Positions 21,430 to 33,800 are shown, counted from the first letter of the whole stretch. The stretch: DNA of 63,430 nucleotides, filler included, from Folioceros fuciformis (GCA_049999805.1; 11 parts of 11 records of this genome joined end to end with filler, not necessarily neighbours in it); one strand, 5' to 3'. Notes: generated by a model not told the origin, from the sequence alone. Numbers and translations: made by a program.

Positions 21430-24290
21430 TGATTGTGGTTGGAGGCGCAGGCTCCCCATCTTCTAACCCTTTATGAGACCCGTCTTCCAAGGCCACTTCT
21501 GTTTCGACGTCTCCCTAGGCATTTGCATGACGATGTTTGTCTCATATCCAAGCTGTCATTGAAGCGCCTTGCTTCGAACCCCCAGGACGAGTTAGCATGG
21601 ACATTATTCCTCTTTCTTCCTAGGTGGTGCTTTGTCATTCCAGGGGCGGCTCTTCGGGTCACAGGAAAGTAGCCTCCCGCCTTCGTCGATTCCGAGCACG
21701 GGATTGGGAGGCTTTACAGGTGGAGACCGGCTGCGCTGCGGAATCAAGGTTGGAGTCTGCTAAGTTCGACCAAGTTCATCAGGATCCCACAAAGGCGCGT
21801 CTCAAGAGACGTATCTTACTTGGTCGGGGGTGGGGAGGGGGAGTTTGCTAGAGCCGCTAGGGCCCTTCGGCCAGAGCCAGTGGCGTCGCCCTCGAAGGAG
21901 ACCATCGCCGCCCTACATGCTTTGCATCCAGGCTTAGGTGATCCCATCCCTCAGAAGGTTCTGCAGTTTGTGCCCAAGGAGCCTTTTTGCCTTGATCATA
22001 TTGTATTCGGTCGAGCCTTTGTCACTGCACCAAGACTTTCTTCCAGTGGCCTATCCGGAACAGTCTATGACCACCTTCGAGACTACTTTGCTCCGGAGGA
22101 CCCTTCTAGTGGCTTCTCTGAGCTTTTTTCTTTAGCGGCTACTGTGGTGCGGGGTGAGACTCCCCCTCGAATTGCTTTGGTTCTGGGCGCAAGCAGATTG
22201 TTGGCTTGGGAGAAACCCACCTCGGGAGTGTGCCCCATCGCGGTGGGCGAGGCGTTCTTGCAGCTCATTAGCTGCAACATTGCTCTTCAGCTTAGAGAGC
22301 AACTTCAAACGCACTTCAACCCCCCACCGATTCAGGATTGCTACCTCGGGGGGCTGTGAGGCGGTGGCCTTCGAGGGTAGAGCGGTCCTAGACCTGCATC
22401 CAGATTGGGTTGCCTTGCAGGTTGATGTGGAGAATGCCTTCAATATCGTCTCTAGGATAGCTATTTTAAACGAGCTGAAGGTGGTGGGAGGTCGTTTGGA
22501 GTCTCTTATCCCCTTTGTCCGCTCCTTCTATGGTGCCCCATCTAATCTCTACTTTCAACACTGGCCTACAGCGGAGGAGGTCTCAATGCTCGACTTGGCA
22601 ACAAGTACGTGCCAGCGGGATCCCTTAAGAGAGGCTCTCTTTGCTACGGCTCAGTTCAAAGCCCTTTCAATTACCGCTTCTGTGGTAGGGGTTGCCTCTT
22701 CCCATCTCTAGCCGATGACACTCATCTCCTGGGTCCAGGGGATACGGTTAAGGAAGCCTTTGAGCTTTTCTCAAAGGAGCTCTTATGCTTGGGCCTAAAA
22801 GTCAAGATTTCCAAGTGTAAGATTTGGTCTTCATCTGGTATCACTCCATCTCTACAATTTTCGGAGGGGAACATTGATTCTCTGTTGGGGATCCACGTCC
22901 TGGGAGTCCCTGTTGGTCCCCGACTTAATCCGCAAATTTGTGGATGCAATTTTGACGAAGGATTTGGCGCACATTGAGAACCTTCATCAGCTTGGGGACC
23001 CACAAATAGCCTACGGCATCCTCTCCACCTGCTTTGCGCAACGCCCTGGGTACCTCATCCGCACGGTGCTTCCATCCCCAGATTTTCTTTCCAAACTAAG
23101 GGACTTCAACAAGCAGGTATTGAAGGAATTAGGGAACATTGTTGGCCTGGGTTCATTTGATTGTACTACAAGTGATTTGGCTAGGAGACAGGCATCCCTA
23201 CCCATTGCTTTGGGCGGCATTGGGCTACTAGCAATGGAGGCCTCGGCGCTAACTGCTTTTCTTGGTAGTTGGGCGCTCTCTATCCCAGCTTTAGTGACTC
23301 GCTTCTCCATCGGAAACTTAAGTGTTTTGGAGGGTTTTGTCACGGGAGTTGAAGAGGGGCCATTCCCCCTCCACGAGTCCTTGAGGAGGGCTCGGGATTT
23401 CTTAGCCTCGCAAGCTTGATTGGTCATGCCTTCTTTTTCCTCCTTCCTTTGTGGGGGTATAAGGGGGCTTCAGGCCATCCTCATGGAAAAGCATTATGGG
23501 CAAGAGTTGCATGCCCTTATGCTTAGATTCCTCCATTGACAAGCAGGCTCGGGCACATCTTCGATCTTGTTCGGGGAAGGGCGTTGGCTCTTAGTTGTTG
23601 GCCCATCCATGCATCCAGGCTTTCCGAATCGCACCAGCTTCTTTCTTTACCATGATGAGGTTCCGCCTAGGCTTGGTCCAGCCGTTGGCCTGGTCTCCCT
23701 CTTCTTGTAGCTGTGGGGTCCCCCTCGACGACCCCGAGAGCCACTTGGCGCGTTGCCCTATCGGCGGGCAGTGCATCGCTATCCATAATGTAGTGAGGGA
23801 CGTTATGTTTTCTTTGGCCAAGGAGGGTGGCTTCTTCCCTTACAAGGCGTGCCCATATAACTTGCTAAATGGCGTCTCCTTCATTGCAGACCTTTGCTTG
23901 AACAAGGGGGACCAGGTTTCTATAGTGGATGTGGTGGTTACAGACCCCGCTCGGACAACCATCCATGAGCATGTTATTATCAACCCCCTGGGTTTTGCCC
24001 CAAAAGGAATTGCGACAAAGAAGACTTGCAAGTACAGGCCCATGCAGTAGGATCACTTGTTCATCCCCTTGCTATTGAAACACATAGGGCTATGGGTAAG
24101 GATTTTTCAAAGTTTTTTGAAAACATGCACGAAGGCCTATTACGTCAACAGGAGTGGTGTAGGGCTTCCCCTATCCGGCGTGGTGGTGTTATTCTGGCAA
24201 CGGGTTTCGATTGTAGTACAATAGGCCTTAGCAAACACGATTTTTCAGACAACATCAAGTGTGGCTGATACGGATTCGACGGCCCCGGTA
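21430..24290 (+). mobile_element. Degenerate non-LTR retrotransposon with RT and C-terminal restriction-like endonuclease (CRE-clade-like)
   Basis: Frameshifted pieces read EKPTSGVCPIAVGE, GGCEA, VDVENAFN, QRDPL, ADDTHLLG, VLGVPVG, LPIALGGIGL, RFRLGL, CSC...HLARC...IHNVVRD, ADL, DVVVTDP, K..KY and PLAIETH. No APE domain seen. Confidence 0.8.
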
Positions 24291-24880
24291 GTAAGTAGGC
24301 CATACTTGAATGTGACATCTTAGGGAGGTAAGTAGGCCATACCTAAATGTGACATCTTAGGGAAGTAAGTAAGCCATACCTAGGGAAGTAAGTAAGCCAT
24401 ACCTAAATGAGTAAGCCACACCTAAATGTGACATCTTAGGAGAAATAGAGAGTTACAAGCTATTCGACCGAGGGGCCTAACCGTTGGAAATAGAGAGTTA
24501 CAAGCTATTCGAATGAGGGGCCTAACCGTTTCTCGGCTTTTCCCGGTTGTTCCCCTTGCTTTTATTTTATTTCATTTTATAAAGTCTTGTCCCCCTTGCC
24601 TTTTTTTTCTTAGGAGAAATAGAGAGTTACAAGCTATTGGAACGAGGGGCCTAATTGTTTCTCGACTTTTCCCCATTGCGCGTTGTTCTCCATGCTTTTT
24701 ATTTTATTTTATAAAGTCTTGTTCCCCTTGCCTTTTTTTTATTTTATAAAGTCTTCACGTTCCAGGCTGAACACATGGTAAGCAAAGCACACTATTCGAA
24801 CAAAATGCAGTAAGTGATCTTCATGTTCCAGGCTGGACACATGGTAAGCAAAGCACACTATTCGAACAAAATGAAGTGAT
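24290..24880. repeat. Compound tandem-repeat block (~37-bp units, then GAAATAGAGAGTTACAAGCTATT-containing units x3, then a ~65-bp unit x2)
   Basis: The direct repeats are visible in the sequence. Confidence 0.85.
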
Positions 24881-24928
24881 CAATTATTTTGATTACTGAT
24901 GACAAAATCATTCGTGAGACATACACAT

Positions 24929-25009
24929 TGTCAGAAATGGGATCCAAACCCATGCCCTTTCGAACCAGTACCTGAAACTTGCGCCTTAGACCAACTCGGC
25001 CATCCTGAC
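24929..25009 (-). tRNA. tRNA-Leu(CAG), probably a pseudogene
   Basis: GTCAGGATGGCCGAGTTGGTCTAAGGCG...TTCAGGT...TCTGACA. The T-loop reads GGTTTGGATCC instead of GGTTCGAATCC, and the anticodon stem has a mismatch. Confidence 0.8.
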
Positions 25010-25171
25010 AGCACACCCTGCCCTGAACGTAACTGTTATACAATTCAAATCTTTATTCCTCCACCTCAGTTCTCTTCTCGCTTCAGAAGAGAACGGCTCT
25101 ATGGGATACGTACATTTCACGTTGTTTTATTGATGATATTGAAGGCATGATATGATGGACGCCTTGCGGCC

Positions 25172-27128
25172 TTAAGACTTCATCTTTCTCAACTTTTTCC
25201 GAAAGCTGCGCTTCCTGCTGAAGGCAGATTCCTGCGCCGAGTAGAAAGACAGGCACTTTTCAGCACATTCCAAGAGCACACGACAACAAAAGTTGGAAAA
25301 TAAGGTTCCCACGCTGTGAGCTGCAATGGACTGGCCCAAAAGCACTCACCACAGGTTCACCTCGAGCTTCAGCCAGCCTCACAGCGTCCACTAGGGCCTC
25401 GTTTTCCTCCAGGTAGATGCTTGTCACAAGCCCCACGTTTCCTGCTCGAGCAGTGCGCCCTATTCTGTGCAGATAGTCCACAGCAGACAAGGCAAACTCC
25501 GCCTGGAAGCAGCAGGTTCAGGTGTTCAGACACCACGTCTCACAAGAATGGTGTGCACAGGTGCATCTTCGTGTTTGGGATCTGACCTGTATGATGTGCC
25601 CAACGTTTCGTATGTCTAGACCACGAGCAGCAGCATCTGTGCACACCAGCACACCGCCCTCATCCTGGAAGACTTTCAGAGTTCTTGATCTTTCTTCAGG
25701 CTCAATTTCTCGATGATAGCAGATGCACTCGACACCTGCTCGCTGCAGGACTCGGGAGATTGCGTTCACTGTGTCAACGCTGTTTGCAAACACCATTATC
25801 CTTCGACAAGGAGCCCCGTTCTTTGGAGTGTCTTGTTGCCCTGACTCTGATAAGGCTTGCAAGAGGGCCTCTATTCTTCCGCTTACGGTTACTTTTACCC
25901 AACGACGCTCAAGCCTGGAACACCCGGAAGGATACCACCTGTCAACTTTAACGTAGAGATACTGCAGCAAAGACTTCACACGAGACAAGGCTTGGTAGTC
26001 AGCAGGAGTGGTGGGAAGCTGTGGAACTTCAGATTACACCTTGGATTGTGGCGATGGAGGTATCTGCCGTTCACCCAGTCTGCATCTGGAAACTTTTGTC
26101 TGAGGACGGCACCTGGAGTCCTTTTGCCATTTTCTGGCAGTGTGGCAGCAACGAAGGTGTACTGCTTGCTTCTCTCATACACACTTCTGGACCTCAACCA
26201 TTCTTTGCGTCTGCCCAGGTCCCCCTGATTCGGGCCGCTGCTCGCCTCAGTCTCAAAATCCTCTTCATCGGAACCATCATGAAGGTCTTGTTGAGGAGAA
26301 ATCTCATCTGCTACATCATCCTCTTCACCATCCTCTTCAATTTGAAAATCCGTCCAAGGCTGCTGGACTGCAACTGACTCTCTCAAACTCTCTGAAGATC
26401 TTGATCGCTGTTTCTCCTCAAACCGAAGCAAGTCAAGGAGCCGGGTGACTTGATTCAGGAACCCACCAGACAACAACATGTCCGCTTCATCAAATACCTG
26501 CCCTTTTTTGACAACGCAGGTCGGAGCATGCATACTCAGTACCACTCTTAGGACTTGCAGAGGCAGAGACCCAAGCTGAACCATTCCACAAGTGTGCTGG
26601 CCATTACCACGTAATGCACATCCCGCACAAATGCAGTGCGACGGCGACGCTGAGGATCGAAGGCAAAAAGGTTATTTATCAGTGCTGCTGGTGTGGCAAT
26701 CACCAGATCCGGAGGAGAGATTGGCCAGCCCTGAAAGAAGCGGGAAAGCGGGGATGGTTCAGCATCTGCACCTCACTCATGTGTTCCACATCCAGCACCA
26801 CATCAAAACCGACAAACAAAAGGCAAAATCAATCAACAACCTGGCCCCCACATATCACGGATACTTGCAGCAGAGGCCTCCCATCCTCACTCCGCAGGTT
26901 GCCTGCCATCTCTCCAACTTGCTGACACAAAGTTGCATTCGGACACAATACCAGAGCAAAACCCCTAGCTCTATGAGGCTTTCCAGCAGCGTTCACACCA
27001 TCATCCGCGAGGTACAACTTCAACAGCTTGTCGAACATGGGTACGAGATAGGCATGAGTCTTCCCACTCCCAGTCTCAGCTGCCAGAACCACATCTCCCT
27101 TCCTCAATATAGCAGGAACTGCAGCCAC
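25172..27128 (-). CDS. RH22: DEAD-box RNA helicase RH22-like, multi-exon, 5' truncated by the contig end
   Basis: AAETGSGKT, LCPNATLCQQV, IATPAAL, DEADMLL, AATLP, CTDAAARGLDI, HRIGRTARAG and C-terminal SAFSRKRSFRKKL, split by GT-AG introns. Confidence 0.85.
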
Positions 27129-30121
27129 CTAGGTNNNNNNNNNNNNNNNNNNNNNNNNNNNNNNNNNNNNNNNNNNNNTTAATTAATTAANNNNNNNNNN
27201 NNNNNNNNNNNNNNNNNNNNNNNNNNNNNNNNNNAAAGCTCCCAATCCGGGCCCCCGAGCGAGAGGCGGCATCCGGCCGCAAGCAGCACCGGGAAGACGA
27301 GGCGCGGCGAGATCACAACCCTGGGAACGAGATTCCCTGCCCGAGCGGCACCGCCACCTCCACCACCTCCGGCCTCGGCTCCCCTTTGCTCCCCCGTAGA
27401 CTCCGACACCGAGCCGAGCACACACGGCAAGAGCCTGCAGGCGGGCAAGGCGAAGGCCAGGGTACGAGGGTAAAAAAAGCGAGGCTTTCATCCACCCGGA
27501 TAGATGCAGAAATCATCACCTGACTCTACCTCAAAGTGCCGGACCCCGGTGCTAACAAGCGCACTAAATGCGCCGCCTAATGCTGTCCTGCCCTATTAGC
27601 TTTAACCGGGGTCCGACAGGATAGTTGACCGACCACATGCCTTGCCGAGGGCAGCCGGGCAGCTCGGGCAGCGCAACGTGCGAGTATCGCCCGCGGCACA
27701 GACGGATCATTCCGCCAGTGGCTCCCGGCGGATTTGTCGGCCGTTATTCCACACCATAACTGGACGTGCAGTGCAGCGGGCGCCTTAGGGGCTATCATAG
27801 CGTGTTGTTGGCCTGCCTGCGCCGTTTCTTACGTTACGGCGACCGGGTTATCATGAGCCGGTAAGAGCAGGACGGTGAAACGTTTTCCCCATCTGCGCAG
27901 CTGCCCGAACCGTGATTGCCAAGGGCAGCAGGCGACGGTGACCCGGTCTGGGCCGGTGGGAAACCCGTGACGACACTTTTTCTTTTTCGTTTCCTTTATC
28001 TTTTTCTAGCTTGAAAATTCCCGCGCGCCTTTGTCAGAAATGCGGTAAAAAAACCAAGACCCTGGCCATGGCAGTCAGGCAGTCAGGCAGCCAGGGTTCT
28101 GAACCGGCCGGCCCGTGACCCGAGCTCGGCCCACCAAACGGGCTTGGGACAAGTAGCCTGGATCGGATTCCACCTCCGTTGCCTTGCCCCAACCCAACCA
28201 ACCCACAAGCAACAAACAGTACTTAACACAAGAAGGAGGAGGAGGTGGAGATGGATATGGTTAGGAGTGGAAGGCCAGCAAGATCAGCACAAGAACTACC
28301 AGTTCTAGTGTGGAAGACTGTTAGAGCGCAGGTAAGTGGGTGGTTGTCCTGGTCTTAAGGCTACACTGAGTGATGAGACACATGGTACCCTTACTCACAG
28401 GAGTCAGCCTTGGTCAGTCTTCCCGCCAGCCTCGTAATCGCCGCTTCATACGTGTTGGGAGAACAAGTTGGTGCTGGTCGGTTTGCAGGGAACTTTTTAT
28501 GGGCATATCGTGTGGGGATATGAAACTCACACATGGCAGGAGGACCGGCCAGCCAGCCATTTGGATGGAGAGGAGGCTTTTGAACGAGGTGCTTTCTGCT
28601 CTCTTGCTTTCCTTTCCGGGACCTTTCCTTGCAGCAAGATACCAAGATGTTGATCACTAGGTGGCTGTGTCGTACGTGAGCTCCCGAAATTGGGTGGGCA
28701 AGATAGTCTAGGAAAGGCTCCTGGAGTGAGGCCGAAAGCGCTGTTACATGCTTTGGTTCTGGGACTGCCCGCATTTCCCTGGCCTTGAGAATGATAGAAT
28801 ATTGGAGTCCTAGTTTAGTGGGGGAAAGCGTTCAGAAGTTTAGGCACTGTTCTTGTTACGGGGCTGAGGGTTCAGCTGAGGCTGTGAGCGTCTAGACGAG
28901 GTGCTCGATGAGAAAGGGTACGGAGCTGCTGGATGTGGAGCTGGCTCATCACCAGCTTGCCTCTGTAATCTAATAGCTGGTCCGGGAGATGTGAAGGTAT
29001 GCATAGCTGCTTCTCAAGACCGACCGGCAGCATCACCCAAGCTGGAGAGCCGAGCAGTGTCATGGCCTTTCTGTCTTGGCTTCCATGGCTCCCACACGCT
29101 TGGTATGCCGCCGAGTTGAGCAAGTGCACTGCGTGATGGACTCTCCGCCAAGTGCCACACCCGGCCCTCAGCCTCCAAGTACGCATGCCACAGGCTATCG
29201 GTAGGACGGCTGCCTTTGCTGATCATACTGGGCCATCGAACCCAACGGCATGTTCTACCAGCGCATGAAAGCTCGGTTGCATGCAAGCAAGATGTTGGAA
29301 CGGTCTGATAGCTTACTCGAGGATGCCTGGCAGTACGTGCGCCTGCATGAAGTCTGCAGAGAAGCCGATGTGCAAACTTCTGCAGGCCCCCGGAATGCGT
29401 TTGCTTCCGCTTCAACTGTGTGAGCTACTACACCTGAAAATGCCATGGCGCCATGGACGTGATCCAAAGGGACTCACCCGTGTGGTGCGTAAGCTAAGCT
29501 AGTGACGTACACGCCGCCTTGCCTGAGCTACCCTGAGTGAGGAAGGATGGAATCTGCAAAAGGCCCGCGTCACTCGCATGGAATCTTCAAGCCGTTCGCG
29601 GGGGCTGTCCCTGAGTAGGAGAGAGAGGGTCGGGCAGCACTGCCAAATGGCAAGTTTGTGAAACGATACACGCAGGTTGATATTCTTTTATGAATGAATC
29701 GTGAAATGCTGAATGGACAGGCGTGTCCAGAAGGGCTGATCGTCGCTTTCCCACGCTCGCCCGGACGTGCGGGAACATGGACGGGATGTCCAGTGTTGGG
29801 GATATCGCGAAGCAATCGGCCTGATCTCGTCGCCTGGCCTCTCTGCGCTGCCGCGTTTTGCTGGCCGCGCACTGGCACTGGATATTCTCTGTTCCGAGGC
29901 GATGGCGACCGGCAAGAGCCGGCCTCGACAGATGCGGTCTCCGTGCGTGTGCGTTGGGATGTGCTGAATCGAGGGGCTGTGGGATCGGAAATGGGCAGGT
30001 GCAGCAGATCGCGTCTGTTGCAAAAATCGTGCATATGTGGTCGGATGGCGCTTGCTAGCTTTCACTGGAGTAGGTGAGAAGATGCGTTTGAGGTTGACTG
30101 TGGTGGACTGAGAGCACGGTG

Positions 30122-31336
30122 ATGGAGATTGAGTGCGTGGTAGGAGTAGGGACGCCAGCTGATGCTCTTGTTGTGGTTGGGAAGGATGGTTTTTCTCCGA
30201 CCCATTGGAGAAGGGATCTGAGTTCGGTGCCCTTGGGCACCACTTTAGCTGGAGCAGTGACAGGGGTTATGTTGGGCATTGTTCTGCTTGCCTGTATGGG
30301 CATCTTGCTGTGTCTGTGTAGGAGACGGCACTTGAGGAGGAGGGATTCGACGAGCCAGCGGGGACTGCCCTCCTACCATGCCAACAAGACGGATAACCCT
30401 CGGATTCATGTGTTCACGCTGACAGAGCTGGCCAAGGCAACGGGGGAATTCAGCGAGGTTTTGATCTTGGGGAGGGGTTCCAGCGGCGTGGTGTACAAGG
30501 GCTTGTTGCCGGATGGTAGAGTAGTTGCAGTGAAGAGGTCTAATTACCAGGGGTCCAGACTGAGGGAGAGGTACCAAGGGCAGTCGCACGGGCAGTACCA
30601 CTCGGAGCTGGACACGCTGAGCAGAATACACCACTCCTACTTGGTGAAGCTTCTGGGTTATTGCCTGGATCAGTCGGAGCACATTCTGGTGTTTGAGTAC
30701 CTGCCCAACTCCACCCTGTATCATCATCTGTTCAGGAGGGGGGTTCTGCTGAGCTGGGAGCAGCGTCTCACCATTGCTCTTCAAGCTGCCCGGGCTCTGG
30801 AGTACCTGCACCTCTACTCTGACCCGCCCATAATCCACTGCGACTTCAAGTCGGCAAACATTCTGTTGGACGCGGCGTGGTCAGCGAAAGTGAGCGACTT
30901 TGGCTTGTCCCATTCGTTTCCAAACAGGGATGGCATCACACACATATCAGGCATCGCTGGGGGAACTCCTGGGTATGCGGATCCTGAAATCCTCTCTCTG
31001 AACCAGATATCCAAGGCAAGCGATGTGTACAGCTACGGAGTGGTCCTCTTGGAGATGCTAACTGGGCAGAAGGCTGTGGAGCTTGACCGGACCCCTGTCA
31101 GCCTGGCAGCCTGGGCGGTCCCGTTGATTCAGAGCAAGCTGGGCCTGAGTATTCTGGACCAGAGGCTCCCCATTCCGGAGAACAACAGATGTTTGTTAAA
31201 AGCAGCTAAGCTTGCTTCCCGATGTGTACGACCCAATAGGAAGGACCGACCCACCATGGACGTGGTGGCTGGAAACATGCAGAGGGTGCTGCACATGTTC
31301 CTCAACCTAGATTCTGCAAGTCTATCCTTTAACTGA
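30122..31336 (+). CDS. Single-exon RLK/Pelle kinase with a TM helix and almost no ectodomain; non-RD
   Basis: TM LAGAVTGVMLGIVLLACMGILLCLC followed by RRR; GRGSSGVVYKG, VAVK, HCDFKSANILL, DFG, GTPGYADPE, SDVYSYGVVLLE, RPTM. Confidence 0.9.
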   Translation: MEIECVVGVGTPADALVVVGKDGFSPTHWRRDLSSVPLGTTLAGAVTGVMLGIVLLACMGILLCLCRRRHLRRRDSTSQRGLPSYHANKTDNPRIHVFTLTELAKATGEFSEVLILGRGSSGVVYKGLLPDGRVVAVKRSNYQGSRLRERYQGQSHGQYHSELDTLSRIHHSYLVKLLGYCLDQSEHILVFEYLPNSTLYHHLFRRGVLLSWEQRLTIALQAARALEYLHLYSDPPIIHCDFKSANILLDAAWSAKVSDFGLSHSFPNRDGITHISGIAGGTPGYADPEILSLNQISKASDVYSYGVVLLEMLTGQKAVELDRTPVSLAAWAVPLIQSKLGLSILDQRLPIPENNRCLLKAAKLASRCVRPNRKDRPTMDVVAGNMQRVLHMFLNLDSASLSFN

Positions 31337-31497
31337 TGGGGCCTCTATGGTTTCCGGGCAACCTGAGTAGATTAGAATCGACCTTTCCGCTGTATGTTTG
31401 GTTGCTTCGGGCAGGTTTCAACCTTGCTGTTGAAGAGGAGGGTATCTGGACGTACAGCACTGATTGTAGCTGCTCTGCTGGTTTGTCTTCTGAGCAC

Positions 31498-31716
31498 CAT
31501 GTGTACGACCTCATAGGACGGTACAGGCCCATCGTGGACCTGGTTGCGTGGTTGCTGGAGACATACTATCCCACCATGGACCTGATCGCTGGGAACATGG
31601 AAAATGTACCAACCCACTATGGACGTTGTTGTTGGAAACACGCAAACTGCACCAACCCACCATGGACGTGGTTACTGGTAACAAGCAAAAGGGACCAACC
31701 CATGGACGGGGTTTGA
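31498..31716 (+). repeat. Degenerate ~43-bp tandem repeat x5 derived from kinase subdomain XI
   Basis: Units resemble 31221-31280 (ACCGACCCACCATGGACGTGGTGGCTGGAAACATG); TGGAC cores at 31535, 31577, 31620, 31663 and 31703. Confidence 0.8.
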
Positions 31717-32081
31717 CTGAATACTTGTCTTAGTAAATATATTTTTGAAGTGCTGTGGCAATGTGGCCAAGTGGATGAGGCGATCGCCTTGAAATCTGTC
31801 CTGCTTGCCCGGGAAGGTCCGAATACTGCTGTTGACGTCATGTATTCTCTGTATCAAGAAATTCCTTTTTTCTCTTCTATGAGCATGCAATCGGGGACTA
31901 TTCAGGAATTCAGATATGCCGTTCATACAAAATGAGGGGCAAAGACAGCGGTCTGGGGCCGCACGAAGACATTGAGGGGGATGGACACGGTCAAAATGGG
32001 AGCCAGAGGGGGCCAAAAAATTATTCCCATTATTTACATGCCAAACCTTTACCACAAACGACGGGTTGTCGAAATGACCGT

Positions 32082-33025
32082 CTATCGGGGGGAGACGGTG
32101 ATGTTGGCGGCATCCTCAATCAAAGTACCATTCCTAAAAGCGCTGACGGCAGCCAGGGGCCATGTGAAGCCTTTCCAGATGATGCCCGTGGCAAGGGGCA
32201 CGTCGATGATGATTTCCTTCTCAGTAGGCTTCTTGGCAGTCTCCTTGATCACATTCAGGTACTCCCTGCCAACCCATCCGATCCACCCGGCAATGTAGAG
32301 AAAGACGATGCCGGGGTACACAAACTCGCCGAGGTGAGCTTGGTCACCGTCCACGATAAGGTGAGGGAGACCGTCGGTTCCGCACAGCAGACCAGCATTA
32401 CCGTAGAACTCAAACCTCTTCTTGGTCTTTTCGATGGAAGCATTGATAGCCAGGGCTGGGGCGCTGTCAGCCTCGTAGAGCTTCAACCTCTTCTGAAAAC
32501 CCTGCGTACCACACACAACCAACTCCATCTCCGTAACCTGTTCCCGACTAAGGAAGTATGCACAATCAAAACTTTACCCTAGCATCTCCGAGGCCGAAAC
32601 ACTGACCTTGATCTCCTTGGATTCGCGCTTAGCAAAAGCCTTGCTCTCCTTGCACGGCGTGAGACCAGCGATATCGGCCTTGGCGTCCAGGGGAGCCACG
32701 AAAGGAGCGGCGGTAAGAACGGCGGCCAGGGCCAGAGCGGCCGCGGCCTTCCCGGCGGCCTGCGAGGGGGTCTGCTCTTCGAAGGAGGAGACTGAGCAGA
32801 CGGTGCGGGCCTTCACCTGCGCATGAGAAGCTCAAACGGCATCAAGCACTGCACTACGGAACAACTTCCTCCGCACCACGACGCCACCAGCCTCCGGAAT
32901 GTGGTAGCTACCTGCTTCACGAAGACGGAGGCGGAGGTGGAGGAGAATGCAGCCTTGGCTGACACATCCTTAACCAGAGGGGACACCAGGCCGGCCGGGG
33001 CAGACATGCAGACGGAGGACGCCAT
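32082..33025 (-). CDS. PSAF: Photosystem I subunit III (PsaF) precursor; exons 33025-32912, 32816-32607, 32501-32082
   Basis: Bipartite transit peptide, [50 protein letters not shown] and ITVSPR. Splice sites are canonical and keep frame. Confidence 0.97.
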
Positions 33026-33489
33026 AGCTGCTTGTGCGTGTGCGGACTTCGTCTTCTTCTCAGCCCGGGCTTGTGCTTCCGCGTGTCCCTGGCGGAGCTG
33101 GAGGGCACGGCTCGAACTTTGGCGTGGCAGGAGAGGGCGCGGGGCACTTGCTGGTGTGTGCCGGGCCCGAGGGAGGGAATGAGAGGGCCACAGGATTTCT
33201 GCGGATGGATAGATATTGACCCCGCGATGCCATTGGATGACGCCCCTTCCCGTCCCGCGCACGGATAGACCACTTTCCCTTCAACGGATGTCCGACGGTC
33301 TGGATTATCTCAACTTCCGTTTATTATCCGGATGGTGTACCGATGACGCCCATTTCTTTGTGGACGAGGTACCTACTAGGCACAGTTCATGGTCCACCAA
33401 TGTGTAATGCCTCTCTACTGTCCCTATACAGGCTGGAATATTGATCTGCCTATAATACGAAGAAAATAAATATAACACGTACCAAGAAC

Positions 33490-33800
33490 TACTTTTGAAC
33501 TGCAAGAACTTATGATAAAGTTCTTTTTCGAACTACGAGAACTTAGGATAAAGCTCTTTCGAACTGCGCGGACTTAGATAAAGCTCTTTCGAACTGTAGA
33601 GACTTAGATAAAGCTCTTTCGAACAGTACAAGCATAGTGTCAAGCTTTGGAATTGCACAATCTTAGAGCAAAGCTTTGGAAGCAAAGCTTTGGAACTACA
33701 CGATCTTAGGGTAAAGCTTTTGAACAACACGATTTTAGGATAAAGCTTCACACAATTTTAGGTTCCAGCTTTCAAACTCCATGATCCTAGGGTAAAACTT
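33490..33800. repeat. ~30-bp degenerate minisatellite (AACTNCGAGACTTAGGATAAAGCTCTTTCG-like), ~10 copies
   Basis: Periodic units are visible in the sequence. Confidence 0.85.

Noticed and set aside
24440-24880. Interspaced repeats as a CRISPR-like array
   Set aside because: Spacing is irregular and the intervening sequences are themselves duplicated.
27235-27520. Possible first exon of RH22 across the spacer
   Set aside because: Orientation and GC content fit, but I recognised no motif and linkage across the spacer is unproven.
28300-30100. Many short ORFs upstream of the RLK as an ectodomain or separate gene
   Set aside because: No recognisable domain or consistent splice model.
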